This document shows positions 55,331-64,000 of a stretch of 64,000 bases of DNA, one piece after another. The DNA comes from Octopus sinensis (taxonomy: Eukaryota): assembly GCF_006345805.1 (NCBI RefSeq), contig NC_043024.1, forward strand, positions 1 to 64,000, given 5' to 3'. The stretch's first letter is position 1, and every line of letters begins with the position of its first letter. The position numbers and the translations under genes were made by a program. The notes beneath the pieces are model-generated. The model did no database searches. It was given only the letters and a program-made list of their open reading frames with translations, and was not told where the DNA came from.

Positions 55331-57033
55331 GGTGCCGGTGTTTCTCCTTTCCCTACTCACTACCTTCTGCGCTTGACATGTTTATAGAGAACCTATTTCT
55401 CGTCACCAGTAGAAAAGAATATTTTTCTCCCATTAAACACATTTTATGGAATGCTGCTGCCGATCTAACACGCGTGGACCATTGGTGGAATATAAGCAAC
55501 AAAAAGAAATTTTTACCCCCACCTCAATCAACTGAAGCCGTGTGTGTGTGTGTAAGAAAAAGCATTTCCTAAAAGAAAAGCATGCTATTAAAAGGAATTT
55601 TCGTTTACGTTACACTTTTTTAAAAATCACTGTGGATAAATGCCAGCAATGATCTTTTCTGGTTTTCCAATATTTAAATTTATACACAGAAACAATTGAG
55701 GACAGGGTGGGGTTGCACAAAATCCCTAATTTCTCAAATTTTCTTTTTTATAGCATATAAATGCATTTATGAGTAAAAAATATTGAAAAACATCAATATA
55801 TGCGAGAGTGATAAAGAAACGAGGCGGGTCGTCTTCGGATGTGCTAGAAACAACAGTCAAATCTCTCTTAAATCACTCACTTTTCCCTCTGAAAATATTA
55901 ACAATTTTTTTTTTACCGGAAAGGCTCCTCCCACTGTTTTGGAGTACAAAAAAATTGGCCATAATAGGTCCGGAGTGGGATGATCAGGGAATGGGAGTTG
56001 TAAAAAAAATTTCAAAACTTTTGTCATGCAAAGATGCCCACCCCACCACACCCCATCATTTCCAAAGCTGTGGTTTAAAAAAATGGGGTAAATCCCCGTC
56101 AAAACAGAGTAGTTCTAATTTATTTGGTCTTCCTGATCCGAAACTCCAATCCCTACCACCCTTGGAAATAATTTCCCCCATAAATCTCTTTATAATCGTA
56201 ATCTATACCGTTTGAAAGGGATTTGTATAAACTTTCATTAAAAGATGCCCATTTTCCTGAAAGTTACGAGGGAAAAAAGTCGGATCGTGTGAATTTTCCG
56301 AAATGCCACCCCTCGGAAAAATTCTTTCCCATAAATCCCCTATATATCCTGAAGCCACAACGTCTAAGCGGTACTGTAGAAAATTTTGCTAAAAAGTATC
56401 CATTTTTTGAGGGCGTACACATCTGTAGAAATTCCCTTTTATTTATACGATTTTTTTTTCATTTCATATGTATTTCATTCATTGTTTCAAACGTTCTCTC
56501 TTTCTCTCTCTTTCTCTCTCTCTCTCTTATACACACACACACACACACACGCCCACACACGCACACAACGCAAAGCCTACAGATCGGCTGCTGAATTTAA
56601 ATATCTATGTTGCTTTGAGGGAAAGGTAAAACTTAACAAACTGCTTCCCCCTCCTTGTTGGACTACCATGATGTTTCTTTAAAAAAGAGAGATTATGACT
56701 GTGATAAAATAATGAAAGCAATATTCACGAAGCAACTGAGCGCTATTATATAAAGAAATAATTAGATGTAAAATATCACAAAAATTTTAGAATTGAGAAA
56801 CAAATGTGAAAATATTAGGAAAATGCTAAAAGAAAACATCCTGGAGAGGATCTCTGCTAGTGTATATATATATATATATATGACGAAAAATTTTATATAT
56901 TTTTATATATTTTTATATAATTTTTATGACGAAAAATGCGAGCGATGTATAAGTACGCAGGCAAAGCAGAGTTATAACAGAGTAATTTCCCTTCATTTTT
57001 AACGGTATTTTTTCATAACGTTTTCAAATAGCC

Positions 57034-57096
57034 AGATAACCGAAGAGATGGTGTTGTGGATTTCCACTTCGGCATCTGAAACTCAGAGTTTTATCT
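57034..57096 (+). ncRNA. Hammerhead family A (CCGAAGA core)
   Basis: AGATAA CCGAAGA GATG..CATCT GAAACTCAGAGT T TTATCT; module duplicates 1600-1850. Confidence 0.6.
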
Positions 57097-57271
57097 TGAC
57101 TACCGAGTAATGTAACATATTGAATTAGATATATATATATATATATATAAAGCCTCATTTGTACTTTTTGAATTCGTTAGTACTAGCGTTCCGAAGATGG
57201 TTTGTCTGGGATTACTCAATCAGACGGGTATGTTCGATTTTTAGTGCTCTCAAATCCAAATCAAAGAATCT

Positions 57272-57335
57272 TTGAGCTGACGAAGGAAATGTTGATCTTC
57301 ATATTCAACTAATCCAGAAACGGGCCCGTTCCAAG
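57272..57335 (+). ncRNA. Type I hammerhead with palindromic stem III
   Basis: TTGAG CTGACGA a GGA..GTTGA..TCAAC..TCC a GAAACGGGCCCGT T CCAA. The module is a diverged relative of the 48-50 kb unit. Confidence 0.7.
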
Positions 57336-57612
57336 TAATCTTATGTAAGTGTGATCTTTCGTATTTGTCCCTCTATACTTGTGTGATTTATTTTGAGTAT
57401 CATGTCTGGGAGATTTTTCTTATAGTAGAAGAGATAGCTAAGATTTTTGGCTGCTATTTCTAAAAGTTCGGTGTGTGGTAAAGTGAATTATTTACTGAAC
57501 CCTAATTATATAACGTAATGTTTTTTAATATACCGTACATGGTCTTTTTACATACTGAACACTACTTGGTAAAATTAATTAATAATTGATTAATTTTACC
57601 CTTTTATTGTTG

Positions 57613-57652
<40 letters not shown>

Positions 57653-57687
57653 TTATATATATATATATATACGTACATGTATATAAG

Positions 57688-57726
<39 letters not shown>

Positions 57727-57729
57727 TAT

Positions 57730-57761
<32 letters not shown>

Positions 57762-57806
57762 ATATACGTACATGTAATTAGTATATAAATATATATATTA
57801 TATTAT

Positions 57807-57848
<42 letters not shown>

Positions 57849-57849
57849 C

Positions 57850-57890
57850 TGTGCTGATGAAGAGAAATAACCCAGAACCATTGGTACACA
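57850..57890 (+). ncRNA. Degenerate type I hammerhead
   Basis: TGTG CTGATGA ...GA ACC att GGT A CACA; one A is missing and stem II is poor. Confidence 0.5.
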
Positions 57891-58974
57891 CCTATTAGTA
57901 ACACATTATAATAACCCCCTTATAAGTATATATATATATATATATACAATATTTTGCACATGCAAACTGATAAACATAAGAAAAGTTAATACAGGGGAGT
58001 AAGGGTTAAGGGGGGTAAGATCGAAGAATATGGCAAAGAAGCTTGCATTAGGTATTACTAGGTTTCGGGTGGATATTATTTGAAATTACTGAACGTGTGC
58101 TTTCTAGATCTTTTCCTTAAGATAAAGGGAAGTCTCTCTGTCTTTTATGCATGGAAGAACAATATTTTATTCTCTTCTCTAAACGTAAATTGGTAAACAA
58201 ATTTACAGAGAGAATTTTCAAATGCATCCATTGGACAAAACACACTGAGAGGTGCCAGAGCGATGGAAAAGGGAGGAAAGGTAGATGAAAGAGGAAAACA
58301 TTCTATGAATGCTCTGCGAAACATCTTCACACTGCAACCCATTTCCGGTCTGTGTGTCAGGAAAGAAATTTCATTAACCGCATTTTCTTCGTCTTCTTCT
58401 TTCTCTTATCTAGAAACCAGGTAAACTTCTTATTTTATAATCGTCAAGGAATTTACCAAAACAGCATATGTTATGAATAAATTAACATACAGTTACAAGT
58501 GCATACATATGTGTGTGTGCATGTATGTATATATATATATATATATATATGTATGTTTGTGTATGTATGTATGTATGTATATATGTATGTATGCATGTGT
58601 ATGTATGTGTATAAGCCTTGCTGTGAAATTCAACTCCCCAAAGGAATTTGGCAACTTAATTACTGAATTAGAGAACCTGGCCTAATTACATAGGAATATA
58701 TGAATAAATATAGACTTATTTATCAAGCGATGTACCTTATTATTTCCTGTGGGCTGGTTGCTTGCTTGGTTTGTTGGCTGGCTGATTAGTTGGCTGGCTT
58801 GTTAATTGCTCGGTCGGTTGGTTGGCTGGTTGGCTGGTTGTTTGGCTTGCTGGCTGGTTGGCTGGTTGGCTTATTGGCTAAGTGGTTGGCTGGCTTGCTG
58901 GCTGTTTCGTTGGTTGGCTGGTTGATTGGTTTTTTGCGTTGGTTGGGTTCCTGGCTTTTTGGTTGATTATTTGG

Positions 58975-59105
58975 TTGATCGGTTGACCTCTACCCTTTGA
59001 CCTCTCCAGCATAGAAGATCCTTCCAGAAGTTTCCACTCCATCGGTGTAACTCCCAGCCTGATCGAGGCATACAAACCTCCACACCGCAACAACGACTGT
59101 ATTTT
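58975..59105 (-). mobile_element. Probable RTE-clade LINE 5' leader fragment
   Basis: Minus strand GTCGTTGTTGCGGTGTGGAGGTTTGTATGCC...ATGCTGGAGAGGTCAAAGGGTAG resembles RTE 5' regions. Recognised from memory, not from a search. Confidence 0.4.
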
Positions 59106-59399
59106 GAGAATGGCCCTTGGCAATATTCTGTGAGACGCAAGGCGAAGGTTGCGTTGTCCTAGTTAGGGAGTGGAGGGGAAAACATGGGGGTATGAAACAC
59201 AGTCCTGGGGTGGGTGGGTGGAATAGTTAGACTGCTTTTATGCTTTAGTGTAACTTTTGTAATGTCCTTACTTTTGCTAATGTCCCTTTGGTCGTTGTAA
59301 AAACTCCGACATGTCTTCGTTTCGGGTGAGGGTGAGTTGCATTTCGTCGTTCACGTTATTTAACGTCTTCAGCCTCTGTGGCCAATGGAACAAACGAAG

Positions 59400-59830
59400 A
59401 CCACCAGCACCAGCACCATCACCACCACAACCTCCACAACCATCATCCTTATCAACACCACTACCACCCTCCTCCTTCTTCTCCTCCCCCTCCTCCTCCG
59501 CTTCCGCATCTTCTTCTTCTACTTCTTCTTCTTCCTCCTCTTCCTCCCCTTCTTCTTCTTCTTCTTCTTCTTCTTCTTCCTCCTCCTCTTCCTCCCCTTC
59601 TTCTTCTTCTTCTTCTTCTTCCCCCTTCTTCCCCATCTTCTTCTTCCTCCCCTTCTTCTTCTTCTTCTTCTTCTTCTTCCTCCCCTTCTTCCCCATCTTC
59701 TTCTTCTTCCTCCTCCTATTCACCTCCTCCTCCTCTTCACCCATTCTTTCTCTTCCCCCTCCTTCCCCTCTTCCTCCCCTTCTTCTTCCTCCTCTCCTCC
59801 TCCTCATCAACACTATTGTTGTTGTTGTTC
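59400..59830. repeat. (CCA)n/(CTT)n/(CCT)n low-complexity tract
   Basis: Trinucleotide runs producing spurious poly-E/S/K ORFs. Confidence 0.9.
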
Positions 59831-59996
59831 TTAGTGTTGTGGCTGCTGCTGGTGGCATTATTAAATTAGAATAACACTCACATGAATATATTTGCATGTG
59901 TGTAATGTATATATGCACACACTCACACACATACAAACATACACACACGCACTCACACACATACATATATGTATTCATTTATGTCCACACAATCGC

Positions 59997-60055
<59 letters not shown>

Positions 60056-60177
60056 ATGATGTGAACATGAACGTGACCAAGTAGAAGAAGACGAAGGAAG
60101 GTGGACGTCTTTTAAAATCATGTCACATAGAAACATCAAAGAATTTCGGATCTGCAAGAATGGCGTCACAGCATCTG

Positions 60178-60236
<59 letters not shown>

Positions 60237-60974
60237 GGGAGAGAGAGAGAGAGAGAGAGGTAAAAGGAAATATAGGGAAAGAGAGAGAGATAGGTCATCT
60301 GAAGTAGAGAGAAAGAGGTAGAAGGAAAAACAGGGAGAGTGGGAAAGAGAAAGAGAGTGAAAGGATGAGAATGTCACTGACAATGTTGTTCTTAAGATGG
60401 ATGGGGTGTTGCGTGTTTTATGCAGGCACGTGAATTGCTTGCGCATGCGTGAAAGATGCTTGATTTAAGTCTGTGTATGTGTGTGTGTATGTGATTGAGT
60501 ATAAATTTGTGTATGCATGTTCGCATAACATCTTTAAGTGCGTGCGATATTTGCATTCATACATACATATATACATACATACATACATAATACATACATA
60601 CATACATACATACACACATACATACATACAAACACACACATACATACATACATACAAACACACACACATACCTACACCACACACACACACGCACACACAC
60701 ATACATACATACGCACACACACGCACACACACACACAATAAATAATGTCAAAGAGTAATCAGAAATATTTGAAATTTCCATTACCATTGGTCTAGCGTGT
60801 AAAAATTTAGTCAATAGACTATATATTATTCATATAAATACAGTGTACATTTAAACACACAAGAGGTATCCACCATAGGATCCTTACACGCTAGAGAGGA
60901 CAGTTAAGTTCCAAACCACTGGTAAGGATAAAATTTCGAAAAGAATGAAAAATAAATACATTTACCATCTAACT

Positions 60975-61043
60975 CCTGGACCAATAGTTTCAGACTTTTT
61001 TAGCAAATAAAATAATTTGCTAGGCGAAGTCTTCTTCAGCAGG
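60975..61043 (-). ncRNA. Type I hammerhead with long stem II
   Basis: CCTG CTGAAGA AGACTT..TAGCAAAT..ATTTGCTA..AAGTCT GAAACT att GGT C CAGG. Lies in module 60742-61289, which has ~85-bp terminal inverted repeats. Confidence 0.85.
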
Positions 61044-61981
61044 TACACCTTAGATTAAATATATACACACGAGACAATCCAGTATAGGCCCCGTGATTAT
61101 ACATTCTAATTTTTCAAATCTACCGCACAAGAGCAGCTGTTTGTCGGCAGTAAATAAAATGCCGGCTTTTTCAATTCGAAAATTTTCCATTTTATTTGAA
61201 TACTATATAGTCTATTGACTAAATTTTTACACGCTAGACCACTGATAATGGAAATTTCATATATTTCTGATTACCCTTTGACATTATTAATTATTGATAA
61301 TTTTTCTGGAAAATTCCGTCGATGAGCGTTCCAGTTGATCCGATCAACGGAACAGTCTGCTCGTGAAAATAACAGAGTTCTCAGAGAGATCCAGCGTGAC
61401 ACAGAATGTGACAAGGCCGGTCCTTTGAAATACAGGTGCAACTCATTTTTGCCAGCTGGGTGAGCTGGAGCGACGTGAAATAAAATGTCTTGCTGAAGGA
61501 CAGAACGTGCCGTCATGAATCGAAATCACGACCTTACGATCATGAACCGTAGCCACTGAGCCATGCACCTTCACAGGAGAAACTATGACGGACAGAAAGA
61601 TACACACGCACGCAAACACGTGCACACACGCACACACAAACACATGCACGTAGCCACTGCCAATTCCTTCTTCCTTGACCTTAAACAATGCTAAGCCCTA
61701 CAACACGCAAAGATTAACAGCCACAACCACACACACACACACGCACACACACACACGTGTTATCATTGCACACATACACACATACACACACACGCACACG
61801 CAGACCTTCGTGCACGCATATATACACACTTACACACACATACCTCCTCTTGCACTCTCCTGTCTTTGAAAGAACTTTTCTTCACCCATTTCCTTCCGGT
61901 CATTCAAAATGTTACCGCGTGTGTACCGTTGGCGATTTTTTCCCCTCTGTCTTCCCTTCTCTGGATCTTTCCTTATCCTAT

Positions 61982-62016
61982 GTTTTCGACGAAGAGCTCC
62001 GCTCGAAACGTTAAAC
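61982..62016 (+). ncRNA. Minimal hammerhead variant (PLE type)
   Basis: GTTT TCGACGA A GAGC tcc GCTC GAAACGT T AAAC. Confidence 0.6.
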
Positions 62017-63165
62017 CCTCCTTCTTTCCTTCTTTCCTGAGCGTCCAATAATGCTATCTTTGTTCCACGTCCTCGCCTTGTGTTTTTTTGTGCTTTCATG
62101 TTTTGATTAACTTTTATATATATATATATATATATAGACGCTTAGTTTTCTCCTGCCAAATTCAACGACAGCCTGAGGTTATAGTGAAAAATCCGCAGGT
62201 AGCCGCGCAGTGGGACTGAACCCGAAAACCGTGGTTGAGAATGTGACGTCTTAGCCCCATACCACACAACATATTTATATTATATTTGTATAAATGCGAG
62301 TGTGTGTTGGTGTGTGCATTTCTGATTTGCGTGTGCGCGTGTGTATCACGAAGGACCTTATCTCCTTTATCCTACGTCTCTCTCATTCGCTCCTCCTTTC
62401 ATACATATATCCACTCTCATTAAACTCATTTTCTCCATTTCCTACACACAGTTTTAAACATATTTATGACTAACACAATAGTTGTAAATCTTCTTGAATT
62501 AGTCGTACGCTGGAGACTTCATAAAATAATGCAAGGCCAGATTACATGGAAGCTTTTAAAAAATGCAAGCTATATTTTAAACATAAAACAAATTAGTAAA
62601 CACCCAAAAATTATATGGAAAAATCACAGCTCAGTGCGTTTTATTAACTGTGTTTGGGGATAAGAGACTTACGCCATAAACACGTTCTCAGGACGCCAGA
62701 TGATGTGTGGATTTTCTAAAGCCATAGCTTATGTATAGCGTATTTAAACCTTGTTTATGTATTTAAACCTTGTTTATTATTTGTTTTTCATTTTGTCGAG
62801 GCAGTGAAGGATCTGCTGCAGAGAATTTGATTTATCTAAGTTTAATTTCTTCTTCACTGGTCTTGAGTTTCCCTGGTATTCGTCAGGCGAATAATGTTTG
62901 TGTATGTATGTGTGTCTATTCATGTATATATATATTAATGTATGTACGTCTGTATGCAAATATATTTATGTATATATATATATGTGAATATTATATATAT
63001 ATATATAATATATATATTATTATATATATATAATATATGAATATATAGAGTTAATCAAATATATTCAATGAGAATACAATATACTGAATTAGCTCTTGAT
63101 AGGGAAATGTCTAAAACATTGAAGGTATTTAGGACACTTATAAGAGTGATTATATATTATAAAAA

Positions 63166-63926
63166 CTAGCTTAAGGCGACCCGCTCTACGCGCGGGTAAT
63201 AGTGTGGTTGTTGCTTTCTGTTCTGTTGCTTCCTCTGTTTTTATCACAACATTCTCCCTCTTTGTTTCTCTCCCCTTTCTCTCTACTTTCTTCCCCTTTC
63301 TCTTACTTTCTTTCTTCCTTTCTCTCGGACTCTCCCTCGCTTTCTCTTACTCTCTATCTTTATCTCCTCTCTTTCCCATTTATAAAGAACAACAGATCTT
63401 GAGTAAGTTGAGAAAGAAAATATTTTGAAAGATCAATCATAAACATCAGGCAGTGACAACGGAAAGGTCTGCTTCAAAGCAGACAGCAAAACACTAACAT
63501 TTAAAAGGGGCAGACGAACTTGCGAGCTGAATAAAAAAAAAAAATATTGGAAACCAAAGTTTGAAGGGATAGAATCTGAGGATAATAGAGTCCCCATGGC
63601 TGGTATTTCTTAACGACGGACAGCAACGTAGTGGAAGTTTAACGGCTGGCGTAAAATTTTGAACTTGATGCAAAAGAAAATTCCTAAACACCTGCTCGTT
63701 GTAATTTTAATTCCCTTCCAGCCCCATTTTAGACCCCTTTTCACATTTTGGTTAATATAACCCGATCATTCGGCTCTACTCTACGGGCCACATTTTATAA
63801 GATGAGGAATTTGTCCTAGAAGTCACGCTTTCATTTGAAGAAAAAAATAGTTGCCATGCAAACACGCGCCAGCACTTTAACATAGGTGTGCATATTTTCA
63901 GCTCAACCGACTACATAATGTACCAT

Positions 63927-63930
<4 letters not shown>
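63166..63930 (-). mobile_element. Helitron-like element
   Basis: CTAG preceded on the minus strand by hairpin ACCCGCGCGTAGAGCGGGT; the other end is uncertain. Confidence 0.4.
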
Positions 63931-63957
<27 letters not shown>

Positions 63958-64000
63958 CGCATTAAATATATATATATGTACATATATACGCATTATATTA

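Noticed and set aside
55330-56860. ORFs at 55808-56594 as genes
   Set aside because: No motifs. The region ends in a degenerate Helitron-like CTCTGCTAG and is probably repeat-derived, but boundaries cannot be supported.
59277-59978. 233-aa acidic/basic ORF
   Set aside because: Trinucleotide low-complexity tract that is open in several frames; no domain.

Overview
AT-rich, microsatellite-saturated eukaryotic intergenic or intronic DNA. The SINE families and repeat landscape look cephalopod (Octopus-like); this is inference. No host protein-coding gene can be supported. Most ORF-track entries are translated microsatellites. Transposon content: a near full-length Tx1/L1-clade LINE inside a (TATC)n tract, a second Tx1-like LINE nested in a SINE, an R4/Dong-like 3' end in (TAA)n, two mariners, a Tc1-type MITE, Helitron-like elements, three SINE families and two decayed Penelope-like (PLE) reverse transcriptases. 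The main hidden signal is a set of short modules embedded in (TA)n. Many are fold-back or tandem, and they carry hammerhead ribozymes: about 20 canonical or minimal type I motifs from at least 10 unrelated sequence families, all found by eye. A separate group of modules (35.3k, 36.1k, 37.1k, 42.2k, 44.1k, 53.9k) has all the hammerhead parts in a non-circularly permuted order. All folds were derived by hand, and no activity has been tested.
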